64,000 nucleotides of DNA from Tagaea sp. (GTDB lineage Bacteria; Pseudomonadota; Alphaproteobacteria; CACIAM-22H2), in assembly GCA_965279525.1 (NCBI GenBank), contig CBDIIB010000003.1:288001-352000 (forward strand), written 5' to 3'. Position 1 is the first letter of the stretch. Each line of letters opens with the position of its first letter. The notes below the pieces were generated by a model. That model was not told the DNA's origin and did not search any database. It saw only the letters and a program-made list of their open reading frames with translations. Shown here one piece after another: positions 51,295 through 63,251 of this stretch. The position numbers were made by a program, and so were the translations under genes.

Positions 51295-52331
51295 CGCGCG
51301 TGCTTCATCTGATGGCCGGTGCCGCGCACGGCGGGGCGGAGGCGTTCTTCGAGCGTCTCGTCGTGGCGCTTGCGAAGGCCGGGCTCGACCAGCGCGTTGC
51401 CATCCGTCGCGATGGTCCGCGCGCGCAGCGCCTGCGCGCCAGCGGCATCGATCCCGTCGAGCTTTCCTTCGGCGGGCCGCTCGATCTGCTGACACCGCTC
51501 GCGTTGGCTTCGCGGATGCGCGAATTCGTTCCTGATGTGGCGCTCGCCTTCATGAGCCGGGCGGCGGCGAAACTGCCACCACGTTGGTTGGCGGGGCAGC
51601 ACACCGTGCGCGTGGGCCGGCTCGGCGGATACTACGATCTCAAATACTACCGGCAGTGCGACCGGCTGGTGGCCAATACGCACGACATCCGGGACTGGAT
51701 CGTGCGTCAGGGCTGGCCGGCCGCGAAGGTCGACTATCTGCCGAATTTCGTCGATGCCGCGCGCGCGGCGCCGGTCGCGCGCGCCGATCTCGCCACGCCG
51801 GCCGACGCACGGATTCTGCTGTCATTGGGGCGTCTGCATCCCAACAAGGGCTTCGACGTGCTGCTTGAAGCGCTCGCACACCTGCCGCAGGCCCATCTGT
51901 GGATCGCCGGGACGGGCGAACTGGACACCGACCTCAAGGCGCAGGCCGCCCGCCTTGGCATCGCCGCGCGCGTGCACTTCCTGGGCTGGCGCCAGGACGT
52001 GGCGGCACTGATCGCGGCGTGTGACGTGCTCGTCTGTCCGTCGCGCCACGAGCCCTTGGGCAATGTCGTGATCGAGGGCTGGGCGCACGGCCGGCCGGTC
52101 GTCGCGGCGGCAAGTGCGGGCCCCGCGGCCCTGATCCGCCACGGCGAGAACGGGATGCTTGCACCCGTCGACGATGCGACGGCATTGGCCGCCTGCATCC
52201 GCGACGTGCTTGCCGACGACGGTCTTGCAAGCCGCCTTGCGCTGGCGGGCGAAGCCGCGTACCAAGCCGGCTTCACCCAAGAGGCCGTCGTGCGCCGCTA
52301 TCTCGACTATTTCAACGCCGTGAAGGCCTGA
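51291..52331 (+). CDS. Glycosyltransferase family 4 (LpsE-like)
   Basis: HGGAEAFF, GRLHPNKGFD and SRHEPLGNVVIE. Confidence 0.9.
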   Translation: MTRVLHLMAGAAHGGAEAFFERLVVALAKAGLDQRVAIRRDGPRAQRLRASGIDPVELSFGGPLDLLTPLALASRMREFVPDVALAFMSRAAAKLPPRWLAGQHTVRVGRLGGYYDLKYYRQCDRLVANTHDIRDWIVRQGWPAAKVDYLPNFVDAARAAPVARADLATPADARILLSLGRLHPNKGFDVLLEALAHLPQAHLWIAGTGELDTDLKAQAARLGIAARVHFLGWRQDVAALIAACDVLVCPSRHEPLGNVVIEGWAHGRPVVAAASAGPAALIRHGENGMLAPVDDATALAACIRDVLADDGLASRLALAGEAAYQAGFTQEAVVRRYLDYFNAVKA

Positions 52332-52332
52332 C

Positions 52333-54108
52333 ATGTGCGGGATCGCCGGCATGATGGCGACGGTAGCGGGCGGGCCGTCCGCCTCGATCCTTGAACGGAT
52401 GGGCGAGGCGATCGCGCATCGCGGACCGGACGGGACGGGCACCTATCGCGAGGCCGACGTCGCGTTCGTGCACAACCGCCTTGCGATCATCGACCTCGTC
52501 ACCGGCGACCAGCCGCTGCGCGAGGGCGGCGGAGCTGTCCTCGTCGCCAATGGCGAGATCTACAATCATGTCGAGCTGCGCACCGCTCTGGGAGATTTTC
52601 CGTTCCGCACGCAGTCGGACTGCGAGCCGCCGCTCGCCCTCTATCGCCGCGAGGGGCTGGCGTTCGCCGAGAAGCTGCGCGGCATGTACGCCGTGGCGAT
52701 CCACGATCCGCGCGCCAAGCGGCTGGTGCTGGCGCGCGATCCGTTCGGCATCAAGCCGCTCTACTATGCGCAAGGCGCCGAAGGTCTCGCCTTCGCGTCG
52801 GAAGCGCAGGCGCTGCGCGCGGCCGGCTTCGGCACCGGGAAGTTGCGCGCCGACAAGCGGGCCGAACTTCTCGAAATGCAGTTCCAGACCGGTGACGCGA
52901 CGATCTTCGAGGGGATCATGCGCCTCATGCCTGGCGACACGATCGTCGTCGGTGGCGGCCGGGTGATCGAGCGGCGCAACCGCGCGGCATTGCCCGCCGG
53001 GCGCCCGACGGCACGCGGGCACGAGGATGCGCTTCTCGAGTTCGACCGCGTCTTCCAGGACAGCGTGGCCATTCACCAGCGCGCCGACGTGCCCTACGGC
53101 ATGTTCCTGTCCGGTGGTGTCGACTCGTCGGCCGTGCTGGCGATGATGGCGCGCCTCAACGAGCGTCCGGTGCGCGCCTTCACGGCGCATTTCCCGGATA
53201 CCGATGCCGCCGACGAGCGCTCGACCGCACGGCGTGTGGCCGAGGCGTGCCGGGCCGAACTTGCCGAAGTGCCCGTGACCGCGGCGGATTTCTGGGCGCA
53301 TCTGCCAGCGATCGCCGCCGCGATGGACGATCCGGCAGCAGACTATGCCTGCGTGCCCACCTGGCTGCTCGCGCGCGCGGCACATGCCGACGGGCTGAAG
53401 GTCGTGCTGTCGGGCGAGGGCGGGGACGAACTGTTCGCCGGCTACGGGCGCTATCGCAGCACGCTGAAGCCCTGGTGGCTGGGCGGGCGGGCGATGCGCC
53501 GGCGCGGCACGTTCGAGAACATGGGCGTGCTGCGCGCCGATACGCGAGGCTGGCGCGATGGCATCGGGGCGGCGGAGACGATGGCGCGGACCGCCGAACG
53601 CACGCGCCTGCAGGTCGCCCAGGCGGTCGACGTGGCCGACTGGCTGCCCAACGACCTGCTCGCCAAGCTCGACCGGTGCCTGATGGCGCATGGCGTGGAG
53701 GGGCGCACGCCGTTCCTCGACAGCCAGGTGGCCGACTTCGCCTTCCGCCTGCCGGACGCGATGAAGGTGCACAAGCGCTGGGGCAAGTGGCTCCTGCGCG
53801 GCTGGCTCGAGCGCACGATGCCCGCGGCGCATGCCTTCGCGCCCAAGCAGGGTTTCACCGTGCCCGTCCAGCGCTGGATCGCCGGGCAGGGGGCGCGTCT
53901 GGGCCCGCTCGTCGCCGCATCCGCGGGTGTCGGCGAGATCGCCGATCCGGCCTCGGTCGTCCGCCTGTTCGAGAAGGCCGAGGACAAGCGTGCCGGCTTC
54001 GCGGCATGGACATTGCTTTTCTACGCGCTCTGGCACCGGCGGCATGCGCAGGGCTTGGCGCCGGCAGGCGACGTCTTCCACGCCCTCGATACGGCGCGCG
54101 CGGCGTGA
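52333..54108 (+). CDS. asnB: Asparagine synthase (glutamine-hydrolysing) family amidotransferase
   Basis: N-terminal MCGIAG, HRGPD, NGEIYN, LSGGVDSS and SGEGGDELFAGY. Confidence 0.9.
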   Translation: MCGIAGMMATVAGGPSASILERMGEAIAHRGPDGTGTYREADVAFVHNRLAIIDLVTGDQPLREGGGAVLVANGEIYNHVELRTALGDFPFRTQSDCEPPLALYRREGLAFAEKLRGMYAVAIHDPRAKRLVLARDPFGIKPLYYAQGAEGLAFASEAQALRAAGFGTGKLRADKRAELLEMQFQTGDATIFEGIMRLMPGDTIVVGGGRVIERRNRAALPAGRPTARGHEDALLEFDRVFQDSVAIHQRADVPYGMFLSGGVDSSAVLAMMARLNERPVRAFTAHFPDTDAADERSTARRVAEACRAELAEVPVTAADFWAHLPAIAAAMDDPAADYACVPTWLLARAAHADGLKVVLSGEGGDELFAGYGRYRSTLKPWWLGGRAMRRRGTFENMGVLRADTRGWRDGIGAAETMARTAERTRLQVAQAVDVADWLPNDLLAKLDRCLMAHGVEGRTPFLDSQVADFAFRLPDAMKVHKRWGKWLLRGWLERTMPAAHAFAPKQGFTVPVQRWIAGQGARLGPLVAASAGVGEIADPASVVRLFEKAEDKRAGFAAWTLLFYALWHRRHAQGLAPAGDVFHALDTARAA

Positions 54109-54143
54109 CCTGATTTCGACGTCTCCGACCGACGGATTTCCCC

Positions 54144-54974
54144 ATGTCGCCTTTCGATATCGACGCATCCCTGGCGGCAACGCTGGTCGCCTTCTGCATC
54201 GCCACCGGTGCCGTCGCCGGCCTGCTTGCGGGCCTGCTCGGCGTGGGCGGCGGCATCGTCGTGGTGCCGGCACTCTATTTCGTGCTCGGCCATCTCGGCG
54301 TCGACGAGGCCGTTCGAATGCAGGTCGCCGTGGCCACGTCGCTTGCGACTATCGTGCCGACCTCCATCCTGTCGGCACGGGCGCACCGGCAGCGCGGCTC
54401 GCTCGATGCGGTCCTGCTTCGCGCATGGGTTCCGCCCGCACTCGTCGGCGCGATTTTCGGCACGCTGTTCGCGGCCAGCGTGAAGGGCACGCTGCTGGCT
54501 GGCATCTTCGGCGCGATCGCAATGCTCGTCGCTTTCCAGATGGTTGCCTTTCCAGGCGGTCTGGCTCTCCGCCCGGCACTTCCCGGCCGCCCGGCAAGCG
54601 CCGCGATGGCGGCCCTGATCGGCGGGTTTTCGGCCATCATGGGGATCGGTGGCGGCACGCTCGCCGTCCCGGTCCTGTCGCTGTTCAGCTATCCGATCCG
54701 TCTTGCGGTGGGGACGGCGGCCTCGCTCGGCCTCTATGTCGCGATCCCGGCGACCGTCGGCCTCGTGATCGGCGGCTGGTCGGTGCCCGGCCTGCCGCCG
54801 CTTTCGCTGGGCTACGTCAATCTCGTCGGTTTCGCGGCCGTGCTTCCGGCGATGCTGCTTTGCGTGAAGGCCGGGGCCCGCATCGCGCATGCGATTTCGC
54901 AACCGGCCCTGCGTCGGGTCTTCGGCATCGTGCTTGCGGCGGTGGGCCTTCGCATGCTGTCTTCCCTCTTCTGA
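54144..54974 (+). CDS. Sulfite exporter TauE/SafE family protein
   Basis: [13 protein letters not shown] and MGIGGGT repeats; multi-TM. Confidence 0.88.
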   Translation: MSPFDIDASLAATLVAFCIATGAVAGLLAGLLGVGGGIVVVPALYFVLGHLGVDEAVRMQVAVATSLATIVPTSILSARAHRQRGSLDAVLLRAWVPPALVGAIFGTLFAASVKGTLLAGIFGAIAMLVAFQMVAFPGGLALRPALPGRPASAAMAALIGGFSAIMGIGGGTLAVPVLSLFSYPIRLAVGTAASLGLYVAIPATVGLVIGGWSVPGLPPLSLGYVNLVGFAAVLPAMLLCVKAGARIAHAISQPALRRVFGIVLAAVGLRMLSSLF

Positions 54975-54987
54975 AAGGGAGGACGAT

Positions 54988-56028
54988 TTGACCGACCGCC
55001 TCGTGATCCGCCGGCCCGACGACTGGCACGTGCATCTGCGCGACGGCGCCATGCTGGAAGCGGTGGCCCCGCATACCGCCCGCCAGTTCGCGCGCGCCAT
55101 CGTGATGCCCAATCTCGTGCCGCCCGCTTCGAGTGTTTCGGCCGTGCGCGAATACGCCGCGCGCATCCGAAAAGCTGCCGGTCCCGGCTTCGAGCCGCTG
55201 ATGACGTGCTATTTGACGGACGGGATCTCGCCCGACGAGATCGAGCGCGGCCATGCCGAAGGCGTGTGGGTGGCGGCCAAGCTCTATCCCGCGCACGCGA
55301 CGACCAATTCGGCCCACGGCGTGACCGACATCGCGAAGATAGCACCCGCACTCGAACGCATGCAGCGCATCGGCATGAAGCTGCTCGTGCACGGCGAAGT
55401 CACGGACAAGGCGGTCGACATCTTCGACCGCGAGGCCGTGTTCATCGAGCGCACGCTGTCGCGTCTGGTGCACGATTTTCCCGGCCTGAAGATCGTCTTC
55501 GAGCATATCACGACGAAGGAGGCGGCCGATTTCGTGACGGCCGGCCCCGCCACGCTCGCCGCGACGATCACGCCGCACCATCTGGCGATCGACCGCAACG
55601 CCATTTTCGAAGGCGGCATCCGGCCGCATCTCTACTGCCTGCCGATCGCCAAGCGCTCGATCCACCGCACGGCCCTGCGCAAGGCAGCCGTTTCGGGATC
55701 GCCGAAGTTCTTCCTCGGCACAGACACGGCACCGCACGCCGTACACACCAAGGAAGCCGCCTGCGGCTGTGCCGGCATCTTCAACGCGCCCGTGGCGCTG
55801 GAAGCCTATATCCGCGTGTTCGACGAGGAGGGCGCACTCGACCGGTTCGAGGGTTTCGCCAGCGAGTACGGCCCGGCGTTCTACGGGCTGCCGCTCAATG
55901 CGGGCCGTATCGCGTTGACGCGCGCGAGCGTGAAGGCACCCGAGCGCGTTCCCGCCACCCCCGGCGACGTCGTGTGTTATCTCGGCGGACAGGATCTTGG
56001 CTGGCGCTTCGAGGGGATCGTCGGCTAG
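54988..56028 (+). CDS. pyrC: Dihydroorotase (class II)
   Basis: DDWHVHLRDG, MPNL, KLYP.HATTNS, EHITT and GTDTAPH; TTG start after GGAGG. Confidence 0.96.
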   Translation: MTDRLVIRRPDDWHVHLRDGAMLEAVAPHTARQFARAIVMPNLVPPASSVSAVREYAARIRKAAGPGFEPLMTCYLTDGISPDEIERGHAEGVWVAAKLYPAHATTNSAHGVTDIAKIAPALERMQRIGMKLLVHGEVTDKAVDIFDREAVFIERTLSRLVHDFPGLKIVFEHITTKEAADFVTAGPATLAATITPHHLAIDRNAIFEGGIRPHLYCLPIAKRSIHRTALRKAAVSGSPKFFLGTDTAPHAVHTKEAACGCAGIFNAPVALEAYIRVFDEEGALDRFEGFASEYGPAFYGLPLNAGRIALTRASVKAPERVPATPGDVVCYLGGQDLGWRFEGIVG

Positions 56029-56522
56029 TCCCCGGTTGCCGCAAGGCGCGCACGCGGCACCGCGATTTCACGAAGGTCGAGTTTCAGACGGGTGAGCGCG
56101 TCGAGCGTACGGTCGATCTGGCCGGCGCAGTGCTGCGCGTCTTCGGGCGTGACGTCGCGTTCGGCAAGCGCCGAGCTTATCGCTGCAGCGACCGAACCCA
56201 GATCGCGCACGATTTCGATCATGCGCGCGCGCGGATCGAGTGCCCGGTGCGGCCCGGGCCCGCCGAGTGCCGCGACCCGTGCATCCAGCGCCTGACGGTA
56301 GGCATCGAAAATCTGCGGGCGTTCGCCGGCGACGACGCACGCGGCGTCGAGCGCCAGCGCATCTTCCGCCTGAAGGCGGTGGCGCGGATTATCCGGGTCC
56401 GCGCACTTGCGGAACAGGGACGCGGACTTGCCGGTCGCGGTTGCGATGCGCGCCTCGTCGAGGATGCCCAACGTGCGATGAAGCCCGGCGCGGATCGAAC
56501 AGATGTCGCGAGGTTTGGTCAT
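56025..56522 (-). CDS. Phage regulatory CII-like (P2/186 CII family) protein, tentative
   Basis: HTH-like IATATGKSASLFRKCADPD..HRL...DALALD followed by a helical C-terminus with ALAERDVTPED; real start MTKPR at 56522. Confidence 0.55.
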   Translation of the reverse strand: MTKPRDICSIRAGLHRTLGILDEARIATATGKSASLFRKCADPDNPRHRLQAEDALALDAACVVAGERPQIFDAYRQALDARVAALGGPGPHRALDPRARMIEIVRDLGSVAAAISSALAERDVTPEDAQHCAGQIDRTLDALTRLKLDLREIAVPRARLAATGD

Positions 56523-56651
56523 GTGGAAACGCCCCCTTGACGCAACATATGCCGGGCGCCCCTGCGTGGATTTGATGCAGGTCAAACGCGGTTTGCCGCG
56601 GACCATAAGGCTTGGTAACGTAAAGACATATTCCAGCACCGGAGAGGACAG

Positions 56652-57821
56652 ATGAGCGGTTGCATCGTCGGGTGGGCACACGGGAAATTCGGCAAACGCG
56701 AGGGACTCGACCTCGAAGCGCTGCTTGCCGAAGTGTGCGTGGGCGCCCTTGCCGATGCCGGTCTGGCACCGGAAGACGTCGACGAGATCTATGTCGGGCA
56801 TTTCGGCGGCGGCTTCGTGAAGCAGGATTTTCCGGCGTCCCTGGTGCTGCAGACGGCCGACGGCTTCCGTTTCAAGCCTTCGACGCGTGTCGAGAATGCC
56901 TGCGCGACCGGGTCGGCAGCCGTCCATATGGGCCTCAACGCCATCGCGGCGAAGAAGGCGCGCATCGTGCTTGTCGCGGGTGTCGAGAAGATGACCGAGA
57001 CGCCGGGCGACATCGTCGGCGGCATCCTGATGAAGGCCTCCTACGTCAAGGAGGAGGACCGCCCGGGCATGAGCTTCGCCGGCGTGTTCGGCCAGATCGC
57101 CCAGCTCTACGCCCAGCGCTTCGGCGATCCGTCGGACGCGATGGCGAGGATCGCGGCGAAGAACCACAAGAACGGCTGCGCCAATCCGAACGCGCAGCTG
57201 CGCAAGGATCTCGGCTACGAATTCTGCAGCACGGTTTCCGACAAGAACCCGCTGGTGGCCGGACCGCTGCGGCGCACCGACTGCAGCCTCGTGTCGGACG
57301 GGGCGGCGGCTCTGGTTCTTGCCGATTTCGGCACGGCGCTCTCGATGAAGAAGGCCGTGGCTTTCCGCGCGACCGCCCAGGTCAACGACTACCTGCCGAT
57401 GAGCCGGCGCGACATCGTCGCGTTCGAGGGATGTGCCGCCGCCTGGAAGAAGGCCTATGCCGAGGCGCGCATTACGGTCGACGACCTGAAGCTCGTCGAG
57501 ACGCATGACTGCTTCACGATCGCCGAACTCATCCAGTACGAGGCGATGGGGCTCGCGGCACCGGGGCAGGGCGGGCGTGCCGCACTGGAAGGTGTCACCG
57601 AGAAGACCGGCCGGTTGCCGGTCAACGCGTCGGGCGGGCTGAAGGCCAAGGGCCATCCGATCGGGGCAACGGGCGTTTCGATGCACATCATGGCCGCGAT
57701 GCAGGCCACGGGTCTTGCCGGCGACATGCAGGTGCCCAGGCCCGGGCTTGCCGGCGTGTTCAACATGGGCGGGGCAGCGGTCGCCAACTACGTCTCGATC
57801 CTGGAGCCGCTTCGCGCATGA
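56652..57821 (+). CDS. Thiolase (acetyl-CoA acetyltransferase, SCP2-thiolase-like)
   Basis: VENACATGSAA, ETHDCF, GGLKAKGHPIGATG and NMGG. Confidence 0.92.
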   Translation: MSGCIVGWAHGKFGKREGLDLEALLAEVCVGALADAGLAPEDVDEIYVGHFGGGFVKQDFPASLVLQTADGFRFKPSTRVENACATGSAAVHMGLNAIAAKKARIVLVAGVEKMTETPGDIVGGILMKASYVKEEDRPGMSFAGVFGQIAQLYAQRFGDPSDAMARIAAKNHKNGCANPNAQLRKDLGYEFCSTVSDKNPLVAGPLRRTDCSLVSDGAAALVLADFGTALSMKKAVAFRATAQVNDYLPMSRRDIVAFEGCAAAWKKAYAEARITVDDLKLVETHDCFTIAELIQYEAMGLAAPGQGGRAALEGVTEKTGRLPVNASGGLKAKGHPIGATGVSMHIMAAMQATGLAGDMQVPRPGLAGVFNMGGAAVANYVSILEPLRA

Positions 57822-57834
57822 AAACGAGGGGCGC

Positions 57835-58023
57835 ATGAACAAGGGCAAGGTCATCGAGAATTTCGAGATCGAGGCGGACCAGCTTGCCTGGCTCAAGGAC
57901 ATGGCCGCCACCTACGGCCTTGCGGACGCGAGCAAGGCGCTGCGCGTGGCGCTCGATCACGCGATGATGGATGCCGACGAGGAGAAGATCTTCATGTCGA
58001 TCCGCTGCCGGCGGTGCGGATGA
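57835..58023 (+). CDS. Small ribbon-helix-helix-like protein ending in CRRCG
   Basis: GAGGGG RBS; beta-helix-helix pattern NFEIE / QLAWLKDMA / SKALRVALDHA; coupled to the cupin gene. Confidence 0.65.
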   Translation: MNKGKVIENFEIEADQLAWLKDMAATYGLADASKALRVALDHAMMDADEEKIFMSIRCRRCG

Positions 58024-58301
58024 CGGCCGCGCCGACATTCGAGGCCTTCGAGGCCGCTGCCCGTGTGGAGGGCTGCGACGAGATCCTCGTGCGCGAATGG
58101 GCCGCCGATGCCCGCACGGGCGACCACACGCACCCGTTCGATGCGAGCCTTCAGGTCGCGCGGGGTGCATTCGAGCTGACGATGGACGGGGCGACCCGCC
58201 GGCTCGTTGCCGGCGACACCTGCAAGGTGCCGCGGGACACGGTGCATGCCGAGACCTACGGCCCGGAGGGGGCGACGATCTGGGTCGGACGGACGAATTG
58301 A
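58020..58301 (+). CDS. Cupin domain protein
   Basis: HTHPFD and G..C.VP..TVHAE.YGPEG motifs. Confidence 0.8.
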   Translation: MTAAPTFEAFEAAARVEGCDEILVREWAADARTGDHTHPFDASLQVARGAFELTMDGATRRLVAGDTCKVPRDTVHAETYGPEGATIWVGRTN

Positions 58302-58320
58302 AAACGGAAGATTTCGACGC

Positions 58321-58395
<75 letters not shown>

Positions 58396-58486
58396 CCAGC
58401 GTGGAAATCGGCCCGCTTGATGCCACAGACCGCCCGAACGCGCAACTTGCTTGGTTTGGGGGCCTGTTTTGGGCAAAATGCCGGCC

Positions 58487-60431
<1,945 letters not shown>

Positions 60432-60545
60432 CTAAGTCGCGGGGCGGGACGAGGCGGGATCATGTGGAAGGTTCCGGACTGGAAGGCTGGGACGACACGA
60501 CAAAACGACCGCTGGGGCGCCCTTCGCGAGGAAGGGGGCCGCGGC

Positions 60546-60581
60546 TCAAATAAGTCGAAGGTCGTCGATCCGGCGGAACAT
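60546..60581 (-). CDS. Putative leuA leader peptide MFRRIDDLRLI
   Basis: Begins 6 nt after a TTGACG-N17-TAGAAA promoter; ends CTT-CGA-CTT-ATT; followed by a GC hairpin. Confidence 0.55.
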   Translation of the reverse strand: MFRRIDDLRLI

Positions 60582-60587
60582 GGCACC

Positions 60588-60616
60588 TTTCTAGCGGGCA
60601 TGGCCGGGGGCGTCAA
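60588..60616 (-). promoter_or_regulatory. Putative sigma70 promoter of the leuA leader
   Basis: Minus-strand TTGACG (60616-60611), 17-bp spacer, TAGAAA (60593-60588). Confidence 0.65.
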
Positions 60617-60632
60617 CCGGTCCGGGCGGGCA

Positions 60633-60648
60633 TGGCACGGATATTGAA
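60633..60648 (+). promoter_or_regulatory. Putative sigma54 (-24/-12) promoter
   Basis: TGGCAC-GGATA-TTGAA versus consensus TGGCAC-N5-TTGCW; 45 bp upstream of the SBP start. Confidence 0.5.
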
Positions 60649-60693
60649 CCTTTTTGCCGTCCTTTCCGCCCCCCTCCAACAGGAGATACCTGC

Positions 60694-61728
60694 ATGTCGA
60701 AGTCCTTGACCGCATTCGCTTTGGCCGCCGCACTGGCAGCCGTTGCGGTGCCGGCCGTCGCCCAGACGCCCACCACGATCAAGTTCACGCTTGGTTGGAA
60801 GACCCAGGGCAGCGACGCGGCGTTTTTCGTCGCGCGCGACAAGGGCTATTTCCAGCGTGAGGGCCTCAATGTCGTCATCGACCAGGGCGAAGGCTCCGGC
60901 GCCACGGTCACGCGTATCATGGGTGGAGCCTACGAAGCCGGCTTCGGCGACATCAACGCGATCATCCAGAACGCGGCGGCCAATCCGGGCCAGCAGCCCA
61001 TCATGGTCTACCAGATGTGGAACCAGCCGCCCTTCGCGATCGTCGCGCGCAATCCCGCCGGCATCAAGACGATCAAGGATTTCGAGGGCAAGACACTGGG
61101 CGGCGCGCAGGGCACGCCGACCACGCGGCTGATGCCGGTGTTCGCTTCGGTCAACAAGCTCGACCTTTCCAAGATCAAGTTCACCAACATGGCGCCCAAC
61201 CTGCAGGAGCCGCTGCTGATCCAGGGCCACATGGACGCCGCGATGGTGTTCAACATCACCAGCTACTTCAACCTGATCGGTCTCGGCCAGGACCCGGACA
61301 AGGACTATACGTGGTTCCAGTTCGCGGACTACGGCATGGACCTCTACTCCAACGGCATGATGGTCTCGCAGAAGCTGATCAAGGAAAACCCGAAGGCGGT
61401 CGCGGGTCTCGTGCGTGCGGTCAACCAGGCCACGCTCGACGTGGGCAAGGACATCGCCGGTGCCATGAACTCGGTCATGAAGTTCGACGCGCTCGTCGAC
61501 CGCGGCGTCGAGCAGCGCCGCCTCAAGTTCGCCTACGAGAAGCTGATGCTTTCGGCCGAGGCGAAGGAGATCGGCGCCGGCGACGTCAAGGACGACCGCC
61601 TGAAGCGCTCGATCGGCATGGTGGTTTCGGGTTACGGTCTGACCCGTACGCCGGAAACCAGCGAGATCTACTCGCGCCAGTTCCTGCCGCCGCGCGGCGA
61701 GCGCGAACTGGTCTACATGGGAAACTGA
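60694..61728 (+). CDS. ABC substrate-binding protein, NMT1/THI5/SsuA-like
   Basis: Sec signal AVA-Q, FFVARDKGYFQREGLNV and DYGMDLYSNG; AGGAGA RBS. Confidence 0.88.
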   Translation: MSKSLTAFALAAALAAVAVPAVAQTPTTIKFTLGWKTQGSDAAFFVARDKGYFQREGLNVVIDQGEGSGATVTRIMGGAYEAGFGDINAIIQNAAANPGQQPIMVYQMWNQPPFAIVARNPAGIKTIKDFEGKTLGGAQGTPTTRLMPVFASVNKLDLSKIKFTNMAPNLQEPLLIQGHMDAAMVFNITSYFNLIGLGQDPDKDYTWFQFADYGMDLYSNGMMVSQKLIKENPKAVAGLVRAVNQATLDVGKDIAGAMNSVMKFDALVDRGVEQRRLKFAYEKLMLSAEAKEIGAGDVKDDRLKRSIGMVVSGYGLTRTPETSEIYSRQFLPPRGERELVYMGN

Positions 61729-61729
61729 T

Positions 61730-63238
61730 TTGACCGATGCGCCTGCGTCCGTCCTTCGCGGCGGACGGATACTCGATCCGGCGACGGATCGCGCGGAGCC
61801 GGCGGACATTCTCGTGTCCGCCGGCTTCGTCGCGTCGGTGGGCCCGCCCGGCTCGATCGACCCGCCGGGTGCGCGGATCATCGATGCGTCTGACCGGCTG
61901 CTCGTCCCCGGCCTCGTCAACGCGCACACGCACGCCCACGGCGGGCTCGGGCGCGGGGCGGTGGGCGACCAGGCACCGCTCGAGCTGTTCCTCAACGCGG
62001 CGGGCGCCATCAACGGCCAGCGTACGCTCGACGACAAGTATCTGAGTGCGGCCCTGTCGGCGGCCGAGATGGTGCGGCGCGGCTGCACGGCAAGCTTCGA
62101 CCTGTTCGTCGAATTTCCGGCCCCCTCGGCCGAGGCGATGCGCGCGGTCGGGCAGGCGTATATGGACGTTGGCATGCGCGCGGTCGTGGCCCCCATGCTG
62201 GCCGACCGCACGCTCTACCAGGCGCTGCCGGGCCTGCTCGACGCGATCCCCGAGCCGATGCGCAGCCAGGTCGCGAAGATCGCATTGGCGCCCTACGAGA
62301 CGAGCCTCGCGAACCTGAAGCCGGTCTTCGCCGACTGGCCATTCGACCGCGATTTCATCCGGCCGGGAATCGCGCCGACGATCCCGCTGCACTGCTCGGA
62401 CGATTTCATCGTCGCGTGTGCGCGCATGGCCAAGGAATACGGCCTGCCGTTCCAGACGCACCTGGCCGAAACCAAGGTGCAGGCCGTGCTGGCGCGGGCA
62501 AAGTACGGCAAGAGCATGACGGCGCATCTCGACGATCTCGGCGCACTCGGCCCGAATTTCAGCGGCGCCCATGGCATCTGGATCGACCGTGCGGAGATGG
62601 ACCTGATCGCCAAGCGCGGCGGCCGCATCGCGCACAATCCCGGCAGCAACCTGCGCCTCGGCTCCGGTGTTGCGGCCGTGCGCGAGATGATGGATGCCGG
62701 CATCGAAGTCGGCATCGGCACCGACGGATCGAATACCGGCGACGGGCAGAACATCTTCGAGGCGGCGCGGCTCGCAGCCTACCTCTCGCGCCTGCAGGGT
62801 CCCGAGTACGACAAGTGGGTGACCGCACGCGAGGCCTTCGCCGCGGCAACGCTCGGCAGTGCGCGGTTGCTGGGATTCGAGAAGATGGGGCGGATCGCGC
62901 CTGGCTTCGTCGCCGACATCGTTTTCCTGCGCCTCGACCAGCCGCACTACGTGCCGCTGCGCAGCCCGCTGATGCAGATGGTGTTTGCCGAATCGGGATC
63001 GGCCATCGACCGCGTGATGATTGGCGGGCGCATCGTGTTCGAGGGGGGAAGGCTAACGACGGTCGACGAGGCGAAACTTCGTCGACAGGCGGAAGAGGCG
63101 GCCGCACGTCTGGATACAGCCAATGCGGGTGCCAAACACATGGCCGCGTCGATCCATGACTTCGTCGGCACGTTCTGCGTTGCGCACGGGCGCGCGGACT
63201 GTCACATAAGGCGACGCTTGGACTGCCTGCCCGCCTGA
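61730..63238 (+). CDS. Amidohydrolase family protein (AtzA/MTA-SAH deaminase-like)
   Basis: PGLVNAHTH, THLAET, AHGIW, HNPGSNLRLGSG and GIGTDG. Confidence 0.9.
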   Translation: MTDAPASVLRGGRILDPATDRAEPADILVSAGFVASVGPPGSIDPPGARIIDASDRLLVPGLVNAHTHAHGGLGRGAVGDQAPLELFLNAAGAINGQRTLDDKYLSAALSAAEMVRRGCTASFDLFVEFPAPSAEAMRAVGQAYMDVGMRAVVAPMLADRTLYQALPGLLDAIPEPMRSQVAKIALAPYETSLANLKPVFADWPFDRDFIRPGIAPTIPLHCSDDFIVACARMAKEYGLPFQTHLAETKVQAVLARAKYGKSMTAHLDDLGALGPNFSGAHGIWIDRAEMDLIAKRGGRIAHNPGSNLRLGSGVAAVREMMDAGIEVGIGTDGSNTGDGQNIFEAARLAAYLSRLQGPEYDKWVTAREAFAAATLGSARLLGFEKMGRIAPGFVADIVFLRLDQPHYVPLRSPLMQMVFAESGSAIDRVMIGGRIVFEGGRLTTVDEAKLRRQAEEAAARLDTANAGAKHMAASIHDFVGTFCVAHGRADCHIRRRLDCLPA

Positions 63239-63251
63239 CCGGAGACGGAGA

